64,000 nt of DNA from NCBI GenBank assembly GCA_965116875.1, contig OZ220733.1, positions 2,816,001 through 2,880,000 of the forward strand, in the 5' to 3' direction. A program made the translations under genes and the position numbers. Position 1 is the first letter of the stretch. Every line of letters starts with the position of its first letter. This document shows positions 8,836-18,975 of this stretch, in pieces. The notes under the pieces were generated by a model. That model saw only the letters and a program-made list of their open reading frames with translations, did not search any database and was not told where the DNA came from. This DNA comes from Candidatus Latescibacterota bacterium. GTDB lineage: Bacteria > Latescibacterota > UBA2968 > GCA-2709665.

Positions 8836-11800
8836 GTGACACCAATGGCTGAAACGGGAGGTCGCAGCACACAACGGCGCCGGCAGGAGTCGTACGATAT
8901 CGAGATCGAAAACAGGGAAATCCCTGTACTGAAGGATCTCCATCTCGAGACGGACCTGTCCGATCATGTACTGGTGGTGCCGCCCGACGATGAGTCGGGA
9001 GATGAAATCGGCCGCAGAATCGCTCAGGCTCTGGGCAGCGGGGCCGAAGTCCGGGCCGGATCGGAGGTCGCAGAGAGCGACTGGGGAAACGCGCAACTCA
9101 TCGCAGCCGGAAACGTCTTCAACAACGCGGCGATCCGGCGTCTCGGGATGAATTTCTACGCGTGGACGGACGAGTACTACCCCGGCGGAGACGGGTACGA
9201 GGTTCGAACGGTCCACAATCCCTTCGGATCCGGCCGCAATGTGGTGCAGTTGGGCGGAAGTACTCCCGAAGGGGTGACGCGGGCGGTGGACGAGTTCCTC
9301 GCGATCGTGGAACGGGATGGTCCGCGCATCGGACGCATCAACCGTTCCGTGTCCCGGCAGAACCCGGACTCTTCGCCCACGGACGCCGAAGCGCGGGAGA
9401 TCATCGATACGGTGAATGAGCAGGTGGCGCTTTCCGGAAGCCAGGGGCCGCTGCGACGCATGGTCGACCATGCCATGCTCTATTATCTGTCCGGCGACGA
9501 GGTCTGGGGTCGCATCTTCAGGGAGGAGTTCCTGTTCTTCATCGACCTGGCCCACGAGGCGGGCGACTGGTGCCTGTCGCAGGGTACGCATCTCTACTTC
9601 TGGATTTACCGGATGCTCACGGCCTGGGACGTGATGGAGGAGGGGCAGGCGCTGAGCGACGCCGACCGTCTGAAGATGACGAACGCGATCTACAATATCA
9701 TCCGGTGGACGTCCGAACTCACGCACTTCCGCTTCAAGTCCGTGGACGACGTGGTCCAGAACCAGAACCACCAGAGCTTCGCCGCATTGAGCCTGTTCAT
9801 CGGAGCCAGGTATTTCAAGAAGTACTACGGGCTGTCGGATTTCGATGAAAAGCTGCCCCTGGCGCACCGCACACTGGAACTTCACGCCAGATCGTACAAG
9901 CCGAACGACAACGCGGGGACGGGGTACGTCTGGATCACGCCCGGGCACCTGATCAAGTACGGATTGATGACGGACGATCTCTCGTACCTGGAAGACGGCC
10001 ACCTGGCGCGGCTGCTGGACAGCGCCGTGCTGACCATCGACAGCAGGGGCGACGACTGTACGTACGGGGACGTCGGCGCCTACCGGGCATCCCGCGCCAG
10101 CCGCCCGTCCGGGCTGCAGGCCGCGTCGATCGGCGCATGGTTCTACAACGACGGACGGTACCGGTGGCTCTACGACTGGATGGAGCAGGGGCAGCAGTGG
10201 CGGGACTCCTTCCAGCGGCAAAGGAACTGGGGCATCGGCGGATGGGAGGTGTACGACGGGTTTTTCTTCAGGGAAATCCCGTCCGTGGAACCGGTGGAAC
10301 TGCTGGGGGTTCGCGCATCCATGCTGGACGAGGCCGCGCACGACCTTGCCCGGGATCGGGCGCGGAAGACGGGACAATACCACGGAGACCCGCTGGTGGA
10401 ATCGGATGTCCCCCTGGCGGAGGCGTTCGACAAACTGGCGTTCCGGCGCGGCTTCGACAGGCGCAGCGAGTATCTGTTGATCGACGGACCTACGGGTTTC
10501 TCCCATTCCCAGGAGGACGGCAATTCCATCATCCGTCTCTGCTGGAACGACCGCATCTGGCTGGCGGACCTGGACTACATCCGGCGACTTGCAAGATACC
10601 ACAACACGGTGGTGATCGTGAAAGACGGGACGTGTTACCCGAAGCCGTCGCAGACGGCGCTCAGGGCGATTGGAGATTTCGAAGAATGGGGGTACAGCCA
10701 GACGGTATCGCCGGGGGACAACGGCGCGGACTGGGCGCGAAACATCTTCTGGCGGAAGGGATCGTATTTCCTGGTAATCGACTCGGTAGACGCGCGGGAG
10801 GGGGGAGATTTCCTTCTGGACGCCATTTGGCGGGTTCTCGGACAGGTGGACGTGGAAGAGAGCGCATTGCGCATCGAACAGGACGGTGAGCGACTCCACA
10901 TTGTGAACATGGACGACTCCGAAAAGTCCCTGACGGACCGCGAGGCGGATTTTGCGCCGGACTGGGAGAGCAACTGGGAGAATTACGAGCACGCGGACGG
11001 AAAGGTACGGATGTGGCACCAGAGGATACGCCTCTCCATGGAAGCCGGCGACCGGACCGCTTTCGTGAACCTCCTCTATCCGTCGAATGACGGGATGCCG
11101 CAGGCATTCGACCTGGAGCGCGTGGGGCCGTCCGTTGCCCTGATTCGCGACCGGCGGTCGGGAGAGGTCGTCATGGCCGGCGCAGGCGCTCCGGATCACG
11201 GCGAACTGAGCCTGGAAGGGAAGCTGTTCCGGATCGACAGCGACGGATTTGCCCTCGTGGAGGGAACCGCGCTTTCCTGGGAAGGGCCGTTGTTCAGAAG
11301 TTGGGCGCCCGTATCCGTGGAGATGGATCTGGCGCGGGGGAAGGGTACGATCGAAACGCGCGCGGAGACTCGCGTGGGCATCCGCGCCGACGGGGTCCGT
11401 GTGAACGGCGAGGCGGTCACAGGCGCCGGGGAAGGAAAGTTGCTCTGGTTCACGCTGCCGGCCGGCCGGCACGATCTGGAGGTCTCGCCGCGCATGCCCG
11501 GAATTTTCGACAGACTGCTGCGGGAGGCGCCTTCGTACCGTTCGAAACCTGTATCCACAGAACCGGCGCCCGTGGTCGGTCGTGGTCTCGAACCCCTGTG
11601 GACGTTCGACGCGGGATCGGGGGTGGCGGCCATCGACTCCGATGGATCGGGCCTGACGCTGGCGGGGACGTTGGACGGGAGCGTCCACCTGCTGGGCGCG
11701 GACGGCGCCGGGGAGTGGTCATTCGACGCGGGCGGCGAAGTCCGGGCCGTTCACCTCTCGGATATCGACGGGGACGGGGCGTCCGAAGCGGTCGTCGGTA

Positions 11801-12711
11801 CCCACGACTGCAGGCTGTACGTTCTGGATGCCGGCGGCGGGGTGCGCTGGGAGCACGAGTTTCCACCGGGAAGCGGGATGCGCCCCCAGCGGCTGACGAC
11901 CGTGTCCTCTGCCGACCTTGACGGCGACGGCAGGAGGCAGGTGCTGGCCGGCGCCGAAGGGTGGCTGTTTCACGCGTTCGAGGCCGACGGATCGTTGAAG
12001 TGGCAGACGGAGACCCATTACCATTGTATTACCGGATGCCTTGCCGTGGACCTGGACGGTGACGGAAAGGACGAGATCCTGGTTGGAACCGAGTACTACA
12101 CGATCAATTGTCTGAATTCCGACGGGACCGCGCGGTGGAGGCGGAGCACGGGCTGCGTCTCGCCGACGATTCTGTCCGCGGATATCGACGGCGACGGCGC
12201 GCTGGAGGTGGTCTATGGCGACTGGCGGGCGGTGAACGCGGCGACCAGCGGCGAACTGTTCGGACAGACGGGCCTGGGGGGCAGCGGCAACTTGAAAGGG
12301 CCGGCGACCGCAAACAGCCGGCGCGGACGGCCGGGCGCGCTGTCCTGGCGCGTGAACATGGGCGGCGAAGTGGAGGACATCGCCCTCTCGGACGTGACCG
12401 GCGACGGACGGCCGGAAGTGATCGCGGGCAGCGACGTGGGGCAACTGGTCTGCATCGCGGGAGACGGCGAGGTTATCTGGCGCCGGGACCTGGAGGACAA
12501 GATCACCTGGCTGACCACTTTTCAGAATAATGGAAACGCGCAGATCCTGGTGGGCTTCGACACCGGCGAGATCAGGACGTTTAACATGGAAGGCGGTTTT
12601 GTCGGCGGGGACCGGGTTGGCGGGGAGGTGACGCACCTTCGCGCCAACGGCGACCGGGTCGTGTGCGGCACTTCGGCGGGGACCGTGACGTCGTTCCGGC
12701 TGGTCGGATAG
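8836..12711 (+). CDS. Large lyase-like (alpha-toroid + heparinase II/III-like) protein with C-terminal FG-GAP/PQQ propeller; paralog A
   Basis: QNH, FDKLAFR, HSQEDGNS, repeated DxDGDG motifs; homologous to the 49-63 kb genes; start could be ATG 8845. Confidence 0.7.
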   Translation: MTPMAETGGRSTQRRRQESYDIEIENREIPVLKDLHLETDLSDHVLVVPPDDESGDEIGRRIAQALGSGAEVRAGSEVAESDWGNAQLIAAGNVFNNAAIRRLGMNFYAWTDEYYPGGDGYEVRTVHNPFGSGRNVVQLGGSTPEGVTRAVDEFLAIVERDGPRIGRINRSVSRQNPDSSPTDAEAREIIDTVNEQVALSGSQGPLRRMVDHAMLYYLSGDEVWGRIFREEFLFFIDLAHEAGDWCLSQGTHLYFWIYRMLTAWDVMEEGQALSDADRLKMTNAIYNIIRWTSELTHFRFKSVDDVVQNQNHQSFAALSLFIGARYFKKYYGLSDFDEKLPLAHRTLELHARSYKPNDNAGTGYVWITPGHLIKYGLMTDDLSYLEDGHLARLLDSAVLTIDSRGDDCTYGDVGAYRASRASRPSGLQAASIGAWFYNDGRYRWLYDWMEQGQQWRDSFQRQRNWGIGGWEVYDGFFFREIPSVEPVELLGVRASMLDEAAHDLARDRARKTGQYHGDPLVESDVPLAEAFDKLAFRRGFDRRSEYLLIDGPTGFSHSQEDGNSIIRLCWNDRIWLADLDYIRRLARYHNTVVIVKDGTCYPKPSQTALRAIGDFEEWGYSQTVSPGDNGADWARNIFWRKGSYFLVIDSVDAREGGDFLLDAIWRVLGQVDVEESALRIEQDGERLHIVNMDDSEKSLTDREADFAPDWESNWENYEHADGKVRMWHQRIRLSMEAGDRTAFVNLLYPSNDGMPQAFDLERVGPSVALIRDRRSGEVVMAGAGAPDHGELSLEGKLFRIDSDGFALVEGTALSWEGPLFRSWAPVSVEMDLARGKGTIETRAETRVGIRADGVRVNGEAVTGAGEGKLLWFTLPAGRHDLEVSPRMPGIFDRLLREAPSYRSKPVSTEPAPVVGRGLEPLWTFDAGSGVAAIDSDGSGLTLAGTLDGSVHLLGADGAGEWSFDAGGEVRAVHLSDIDGDGASEAVVGTHDCRLYVLDAGGGVRWEHEFPPGSGMRPQRLTTVSSADLDGDGRRQVLAGAEGWLFHAFEADGSLKWQTETHYHCITGCLAVDLDGDGKDEILVGTEYYTINCLNSDGTARWRRSTGCVSPTILSADIDGDGALEVVYGDWRAVNAATSGELFGQTGLGGSGNLKGPATANSRRGRPGALSWRVNMGGEVEDIALSDVTGDGRPEVIAGSDVGQLVCIAGDGEVIWRRDLEDKITWLTTFQNNGNAQILVGFDTGEIRTFNMEGGFVGGDRVGGEVTHLRANGDRVVCGTSAGTVTSFRLVG

Positions 12712-12775
12712 ATTCAGATCGCCGGCGCCGGAAACTCGCCCGGGGACCGAGGGGCGACTTCATGAGAGGGTGACG

Positions 12776-13639
12776 ATGGCCGGGCTGAAAGATCATCAGC
12801 TCACTGCATTCATGAATGACGGGTACCTGCTGCTGGAGGACGTACTGCCGCCCGGAGACCTGCAGCCGCTGATCGACGACATCGTCAAAGGGATTGATCG
12901 CAAGGCCCGCGCAGCCTTCGCCAATGGCGAGCTGTCCGATCCGTTCGAGGATGAGCCCTTCGAACGGCGCCTTGCGTGTATGCGCGACGCGATGGACGAT
13001 GCATCGGAGATCGAAAAGGCGGTAACGGGAAAGCGCCTCAAGACGGCGGGGATGTTTGCCGTAATCACGCACCCGGCGATTCTGGACATGGTGGAATGCG
13101 TCATCGGTCCTGAGATCCTGGCCCATCCCCAGTTCAACTGCCAGGCAAAAATGCCCAACGAAGCCCGGTCGCAGATCCCGTGGCACCAGGACCTGGGGTT
13201 CCTGCATCCCGAAGCGGAAGACACGTTCATGGTAAACTTCTGGATTCCGCTGGTGGATGTTACCGTTGAAAACGGATGCCTGGAGGTGATACCGGGGAGT
13301 CACCGCGCCGGTCTGATGCCGCACGGGGAAGTTGAGGGCTATCCGAACGCGGGGATCCGGGAAGGGTGGGCTCCGGATGGACAGCCCATCGCCTGTCCGG
13401 TGCGAAAGGGCGGCGTGGTGGTGTTCCAGCACAAAACGGCGCACCGGTCCTTCCCAAACCGCACGGACCGCATCCGCTGGAGCCTGGATATCCGCTACTC
13501 GGACCCGTCGAAGCCAACGGGAAGAGACGAGGTGCCGGGATTTCTCGCGCGCAGCAGGGCCCATCCCTCAAGCGTGGCGAAGACCCATCTGGACTGGTTG
13601 GAACGGATGCAGGGCGTGGACGAAAGTCTGCACGAGTAG
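12776..13639 (+). CDS. PhyH family Fe(II)/2OG dioxygenase
   Basis: DGYLL, PWHQD, NGCLEVIPGSH, HRSFPN..R.SLDIRY. Confidence 0.9.
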   Translation: MAGLKDHQLTAFMNDGYLLLEDVLPPGDLQPLIDDIVKGIDRKARAAFANGELSDPFEDEPFERRLACMRDAMDDASEIEKAVTGKRLKTAGMFAVITHPAILDMVECVIGPEILAHPQFNCQAKMPNEARSQIPWHQDLGFLHPEAEDTFMVNFWIPLVDVTVENGCLEVIPGSHRAGLMPHGEVEGYPNAGIREGWAPDGQPIACPVRKGGVVVFQHKTAHRSFPNRTDRIRWSLDIRYSDPSKPTGRDEVPGFLARSRAHPSSVAKTHLDWLERMQGVDESLHE

Positions 13640-13656
13640 ACCCGGACGCACCACCA

Positions 13657-13872
13657 CCTCAATTTAAAAAAAGACAGCCGGTAAATTTACCACAGAAAGC
13701 ACAAAAGGCACAAAAGGGTTCAGCGCGAGAGCGGGGTATCGAGGTCGTTCAAATGAATGAAATTTCCCCTCATGTCCAGTGACCTCAAAAGTCCGGGCAC
13801 TTTGACATCAATTTGCCTTTGTTCTTCTGCATATATTCGACATTCAGGTCCCAGAATAACCGCGAATCAAGG
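13657..13872. repeat. ~215 bp dispersed repeat (MITE-like), copy 1
   Basis: Colinear with 17956-18168 and 55936-56149; shared blocks AAAAAGACA, ACCACA-AAAGCACAAAAGGCACA, CGGGGTAT, TGTTCTTCTG, ATATTCGACAT-CAGGTCC. Confidence 0.85.
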
Positions 13873-13906
13873 ACCACACGTGACGACAGGAACGCCGCCA
13901 GGCCCG

Positions 13907-14740
13907 TTACGCGGGGACCGGATATTGGGGTTTTCCATAAAACAGGTTGTGAAACACCTGCCAGAACGTTTCGCCTTTGCACCGAATCGTCACGTCGTCC
14001 ACGCGTTCAGCCCCGTCCGGCACGGAAAGACGATCGGGTTCGGGACGCGTCACCTCCATCACCACGGGACTTTCGGCGATGAGCGGTTCGATGCCTCTTG
14101 CGACCGCCATGGCTTCCTGCACGCGCTTCTTGATCAGGACGCGGGCATCTGCCGGCGCCATGTGCAAGGCGCATAATTCTCCCAGGCCTTCCTTTACAGG
14201 CGCCGTGACAATGCCGCTGACCCAGCGTTCTGATTCGGTGCACGCGTGCAGGTCGCCCGATGTGAAGACCCAGGGTATGCCCAGATGACCGCACAAGTAC
14301 GCCGCCATTTCCATCTCGCCGATTTCGGCGCCATTCACGCGATAGACCATATCGCGGCTCATCGAGTGTGCGAGGCATCCGTTGGGCGTGCCGGTCATCG
14401 CGTGCATGCCCACCTGGATCAGCGCGTCAAACCGGGGCGATAATCCCGGCAACCAGCACGGCCGCCTGACGCCCTGCACCAGTTTCACGCCTGAGACCAG
14501 TTCTTCTGACAAGATCGTGCGCCCCGCGCCGTGGGCGTCATTGATGGTCACTTCTTTGACACCTGCAGCGAATAAGCCTTCGGCCGCGGCGTTGACCTCG
14601 CCTGTCAACAGGCGCTGCATCTCGGCGCGATCGTACACGCCTTTGGCGGTTGTCGCATCGTCCCGGTGTCTCGGGTCCCAATCGTCGACGCCGGCCACGC
14701 CTTCCAGATCGGTCATCATGTACACGGATTTCAAGGTCAT
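13907..14740 (-). CDS. dppA: M55 family D-aminopeptidase
   Basis: DLEGVAGV, EVNAA, DAHG, VGMHA, LAHS, GE, SGD, VKEG motifs. Confidence 0.9.
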   Translation of the reverse strand: MTLKSVYMMTDLEGVAGVDDWDPRHRDDATTAKGVYDRAEMQRLLTGEVNAAAEGLFAAGVKEVTINDAHGAGRTILSEELVSGVKLVQGVRRPCWLPGLSPRFDALIQVGMHAMTGTPNGCLAHSMSRDMVYRVNGAEIGEMEMAAYLCGHLGIPWVFTSGDLHACTESERWVSGIVTAPVKEGLGELCALHMAPADARVLIKKRVQEAMAVARGIEPLIAESPVVMEVTRPEPDRLSVPDGAERVDDVTIRCKGETFWQVFHNLFYGKPQYPVPA

Positions 14741-14799
14741 GGGATTCTCCTGGTTTTCGGGTATTTCCGAGACCCTTTTTACAGGCAGTTTGGCGGTCG

Positions 14800-16620
14800 T
14801 CAGCCTCCCGCGTGCGCAAGCGCTTCATCGACCTTTTCCGTCCACGGGTCCGCGACGCGCGCCTCGTACCTGCCGTCGTTGAAGTAGGCGGATTTGGGCA
14901 TGTTGCGGTCCTCCAGCACGGCGTGGCGGTGTGACCTCTTAAGGCGCGGCCTGAGTCTTCGCAGTTCCGCCGCTTTTTGCCTGGCCGCGGGTCCCGGTCG
15001 CATTCGCTGGACTTCGTCCGCAATATGCCAGCCGCGGATGAGGGTTGCTGGAAAGGCAAACCAGCGGCGGATGTATTCGATTCTCAACCGGACAAGCGGG
15101 TCCCGCGTGGCCCGGTAGGCACGCGAGAGCGCGGCCTCGAGGTCGTCCGCGTCGCCGGCAGTGTAACAGGGAACCTGGTCGCGAAACCCGCGCAGGCCCT
15201 GGAACCACCGGCCCTCCCGCGGCCGGCGCCAGATGGCTTCGAGACGGTCGTAAAAGGCGCGCATCTCGCCCGCCGCCCCGCGGTACAGACGGGAAAAGAA
15301 CTCATCAAGAAGCTTTTCCGGGTCCTGTCCGGCGTCCCACCAGAGTCTGGATGCCAGCCAGATCTGCGGCCCGGCTGCCGGCCAGTGGGGATAGGCTTCG
15401 GCGTAGAAGCCCTTGACACCCGCACTGTGCTGGAACTTGATGTCGTCGGCCATCAGGCCGGGAAAGTAGCGCGGCAGCACCCAGCCCAGGCCGTAATAGT
15501 CGTACTTGCACACGTGGTCGCAATGCTTGAGCCAGGAGAGGATGAATTCACGGTCCTTGTCCCGGTATTCCGGATCCAGGTGCTGGGCGGTGTCCTGTGT
15601 GAGGTATATCGCCGTATTGGGCTCGAGGCGTTCGATGCGTCTGGGTGGCTCCTCCACGTTGTGGTAGGCCAGACATCCCACGAATTTCCCGGGATGGGAC
15701 TCCTGCAGCGCGCGTGCGACGGCGTTGAAGTAGGTGAACCACCGGTCGGAATAGATCGGACGCCCCCGGAACGTGAGATCCGGAATGTCCAGGGCGCGGC
15801 AGTTGTCGCACAGGCAGAAGTTTCCGTTGTCATTCATCCCCAGTGAGAAACAGTGCGCCTCGGGGTGTTCGTCGAAGTAGGCGCGCGTGGCCGTGATGGT
15901 GACGTCCACGACCTCGGGGTTGCTCGTACACGGCTGGCCGAACAGACCGTTGCTTACGGCGTCGCTTTCAGGAATCAGCCGTTCCCCGTCGATAAACGCG
16001 TAGAACTCCGGGTGGGTCTTTCCGTATTGGTCGACCGGAAAAATCTTGTACAGGGCGTGGTGGAAGCCGGCGTAGGGCAGTTCGTGCCTGCGGCTGGAGA
16101 CGCGGTTCCGGCGTTCCCAGCGATTCCCCTCCGACCCCCCGATACCGCTGAAGACGCGGAAGAGGAAGTCGGGGGTTCTGGTTTCGCGTACCGGCGCGAT
16201 TTTCAGGGTGGTTTGCATCGGGATGTCTTCGAAGAGTTCCCCGGGCATGAACCACCGAACGCCAAGATGGTCTTCCAGCAGGCCGTAGACGCCGTATGCA
16301 GTGCCGCTATCGCTTCCGCCGAGGATGAAGAGGTCCCTTCCGGCCGTATGGATGCGGTAGCCCTCCACACCCGCGTCACCGGCATCCAGGTTCAGCTTCC
16401 GGGCGTACGTGGTGAGCCCGACGTGGATGGCGGTTCTGCCGCGGGGCGCGGGCTTTCCGCTGTCCGTGCCCATCGGGGGCGCCATACCCGTCATCTTTTC
16501 GAGGACGGACTGCAGTTCACCGGCCGCGTCGCGGAGGATCTCTCCGGCGTCGTCCGGGACGATGATGGCGGTACGGGACTGACCCCTGTCCGCCAGCGTG
16601 AGCGTTCTGTATTGTCGCAT
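14800..16620 (-). CDS. DUF4838 domain protein (GH20/GH67-like N-domain)
   Basis: EGYRI..LFILGG..GTAYGVYGLLE..LGVRWFMPG, QPCTSNPEV, FCLCDNC, LAYH, SRLWWD; start ATG 16620 with GGAGG RBS. Confidence 0.8.
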   Translation of the reverse strand: MRQYRTLTLADRGQSRTAIIVPDDAGEILRDAAGELQSVLEKMTGMAPPMGTDSGKPAPRGRTAIHVGLTTYARKLNLDAGDAGVEGYRIHTAGRDLFILGGSDSGTAYGVYGLLEDHLGVRWFMPGELFEDIPMQTTLKIAPVRETRTPDFLFRVFSGIGGSEGNRWERRNRVSSRRHELPYAGFHHALYKIFPVDQYGKTHPEFYAFIDGERLIPESDAVSNGLFGQPCTSNPEVVDVTITATRAYFDEHPEAHCFSLGMNDNGNFCLCDNCRALDIPDLTFRGRPIYSDRWFTYFNAVARALQESHPGKFVGCLAYHNVEEPPRRIERLEPNTAIYLTQDTAQHLDPEYRDKDREFILSWLKHCDHVCKYDYYGLGWVLPRYFPGLMADDIKFQHSAGVKGFYAEAYPHWPAAGPQIWLASRLWWDAGQDPEKLLDEFFSRLYRGAAGEMRAFYDRLEAIWRRPREGRWFQGLRGFRDQVPCYTAGDADDLEAALSRAYRATRDPLVRLRIEYIRRWFAFPATLIRGWHIADEVQRMRPGPAARQKAAELRRLRPRLKRSHRHAVLEDRNMPKSAYFNDGRYEARVADPWTEKVDEALAHAGG

Positions 16621-16621
16621 A

Positions 16622-17866
16622 TCAGTGTCCCTCCTGGTGAGGTTGAGCCTGTTTTTCCGAGTGCAGAAATTTGGGCGCCAGGCGCCGGCTGATTTCAGGG
16701 TAGATGGCGATGAAGTGGTCCCGCATGGTCGGAAACTGGAAATCCTCCGCGGTTTCGAACCCGGTTTCCAGGTCCTGTTTCCGGGGCATGTGGCAGTCGA
16801 TGCAGTTGGACTGCATCGCGTCACCGAGTTCGGCGGACATGCCGCAGGCGTGGGTCTCGTGGCACGCCGCGCAACGAAGGGAAAACAGGGCCAGGTTCCC
16901 GCGCTCCAGGGCATGCGGATTGTGGCAGGTGATGCAGGTCATCGCTGAACTCTGCCGGAAACACTCCGATTGGGTCAACCGGGGCAGTTGATTGGTACTG
17001 TGGACCCCGATCTTGTTCAGTTCTTCGTTGGCGTCCAGTTCGAGATAGTCGCTCAGGGACTCCCCGGGTCTGTAGGAAAAAGGCCGCTGGCTCGGCGCGC
17101 CGACGCCCGAATGGCATTGCGCACAGAGGTCGATCAATCGCGGCGGGTCGAGCCGGCCGGGGTGCAGGATGTGCGGGATGTCCTTCGCATCCGGGTTTGC
17201 GCGTTGAAAGGCCGCGTGTTCCGCCCCGGGGCCGTGGCAGCGTTCGCAGGAGACGCCGAGGACGAAATGTTTCCTGTTGTATTTGTTACTGGTATAGGAT
17301 TCCGATTCGAACCAGGTGGCGTGGCACTCCAGGCATCGGGGGACAACGCCGCGTGCAAAGTTCACCTCGCCGTCCGGATAACCCGGGCTGTTGATCCACC
17401 GCTGCTGCTGCGTGAAGTAGGAAATGGGCAGTTGATAGAGGCGGTCGCCCTGCCAGAAGAGGTAGGTCTGGCCGATTTTTCCGGAGCCGGTGACAATGTC
17501 GATGCGCTCGGTCCGGCGGTATCTGCCTTCACCTCTTCCGATGATTGCGGTCTGATAGAATCCGTCTTTTTCAGCAATGATTTCGAAGCGGAGGTTGGGG
17601 TTCCGGGTCCGGACGATCGCGTGTTCGGGGGACAAGTTGCCCGGAATCGATTCGGGACCGGGAAAGCGGGAGGTGAGATGGTGGGCGGTGCGCCGGAATT
17701 CCTCGAACCGGTCCCGGTGGCACTCCGCGCAGGCCTGTGCGCCGATGTAGCCGGGTGAACGGGTCTCGCCGTCCGCGTCATCGGCGTCTGTAATCAGAAA
17801 AGAAACGCCCAGCGCCAGGCCCGCAACGAGGCTGAGGAGGACCGATCTGAAGATAACCCTTGCCAT
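16622..17866 (-). CDS. Multiheme c-type cytochrome (c554/c552-like), exported or N-anchored
   Basis: Seven CxxCH motifs (CAECH, CLECH, CERCH, CAQCH, CITCH, CAACH, CIDCH); hydrophobic N-terminus. Confidence 0.9.
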   Translation of the reverse strand: MARVIFRSVLLSLVAGLALGVSFLITDADDADGETRSPGYIGAQACAECHRDRFEEFRRTAHHLTSRFPGPESIPGNLSPEHAIVRTRNPNLRFEIIAEKDGFYQTAIIGRGEGRYRRTERIDIVTGSGKIGQTYLFWQGDRLYQLPISYFTQQQRWINSPGYPDGEVNFARGVVPRCLECHATWFESESYTSNKYNRKHFVLGVSCERCHGPGAEHAAFQRANPDAKDIPHILHPGRLDPPRLIDLCAQCHSGVGAPSQRPFSYRPGESLSDYLELDANEELNKIGVHSTNQLPRLTQSECFRQSSAMTCITCHNPHALERGNLALFSLRCAACHETHACGMSAELGDAMQSNCIDCHMPRKQDLETGFETAEDFQFPTMRDHFIAIYPEISRRLAPKFLHSEKQAQPHQEGH

Positions 17867-17955
17867 CGCCTTGCCATTTCAATTGGAAGGTGGGAGGGTT
17901 TCTCAAAGCATACCCCTGACGGGTGTGGATGTCAATCGAAAACTCGATTAATTAA

Positions 17956-18168
17956 CCTCAATTAAAAAAGACAGCCGGCAAATCTACCACAAAAAGCACA
18001 AAAGGCACAAAGGGTACCAGCGCGAAAGCGGGGTATCGAAGTCGTTCCAATGGTTGAAATTTCCGTTCACGTCCAGCGACCACATGTGTCCGGGCGCTTT
18101 GACATCAATTCGCCCTTGTTCTTCTGCATATATTCGACATGCAGGTCCCAGAGTAATCGCGAACCAAC
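17956..18168. repeat. ~215 bp dispersed repeat, copy 2
   Basis: Colinear with copies 1 and 3. Confidence 0.85.
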
Positions 18169-18336
18169 GTTGATAGGTGCCTCCTGCACGTAAGTACGGT
18201 CGACTCCACTGCTGTCCAAGAACCGTGGGATTCTCATAGATATGGTTTGAGAAGTGGCTTCAATTCGCGATCTTGAACGGGTCTGATCCGGATAACGGAA
18301 ACCAGGTTGCCATCGGTCGGTGTTTGGTGTAACGTA

Positions 18337-18850
18337 TGTCATTCTGAGCGGCGTCGAAGCATCTTTCGCCGCTTCCGTCTCGCGCTGCAGGCGGACGTGC
18401 TGCCTCTCCGGTATCGAGACGAGCAAATCGCAACAGGGTGATCCGATGCTGCAGTAGATCCTTCGTCGGCCTAGGGGCCTCCTCTGGATGACAGCGGGAA
18501 GCCACGTGCATGACAATCGTAAGACATGTCATTCTGAGCGCGCTGGCCTCCTCAGGATGACATGTTCTGCGAAGGTGTGGGCTCAGCGTTTTGCCAATAG
18601 TTATCGCAAGACATGTCAATCAGAGCGCAGCGAAGAATCTCCCGTATTCTCGAATGTACGTGTTGCATTTGGTCTTTGTAGATGAACTTGTGCGCGGACA
18701 CTTCAACTGCCTGATGCCCCTTCGACCCTTCGACAAGCTTGCTTCGACAGGCTCAGCACAAGCAGGACAACGGCTCAGGGACCGCAGGCTCAGGGCAAGT
18801 CCTCAGGATGACAGTCTTGTCGAAGGTAGGACCGCCTCGTTTTGCCAATG
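18337..18850. repeat. Cluster of degenerate palindromic repeats (TGTCATTCTGAGCG / CTCAGGATGACA and CTTCGACA-GCTCAG families)
   Basis: Three TGTCA(T/A)TC(T/A)GAGCG units, three GGATGACA units and tandem CTTCGAC motifs. Confidence 0.75.
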
Positions 18851-18975
18851 GTTGTGGACGATTTTTTCAGACATTCATTTCGCGTATTTTCGCGATTCTC
18901 GTATTCAATCAAATCCGTTTTTGGACAGGTGTGGGTCGACTCGATTGCGGGAATGGCCCTGTATCCGGATCGTCT

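Noticed and set aside
8491-11688. 1065-aa minus-strand ORF and other long antisense ORFs (6590-8557, 49688-51187, 59994-61628, 62774-63889)
   Set aside because: They are shadows of well-supported plus-strand genes in high-GC DNA and contain no recognisable motifs
12240-12345. Gly-rich ~25-aa insertion in the propeller of paralog A as a possible intein or mobile insert
   Set aside because: Too short, with no intein motifs or terminal repeats; probably a loop
13785-13982. Recurrent peptide (WDL.VEY.QKN) on the minus strand of the 215-bp repeat
   Set aside because: Starts and stops are not conserved among copies; the similarity simply reflects the DNA repeat
16621-16914. Extended N-terminus of the DUF4838 ORF
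   Set aside because: It overlaps the cytochrome gene; an RBS and ATG lie at 16620
18337-18850. Possible CRISPR array
   Set aside because: Repeats are degenerate, in mixed orientation and irregularly spaced; no cas genes are present
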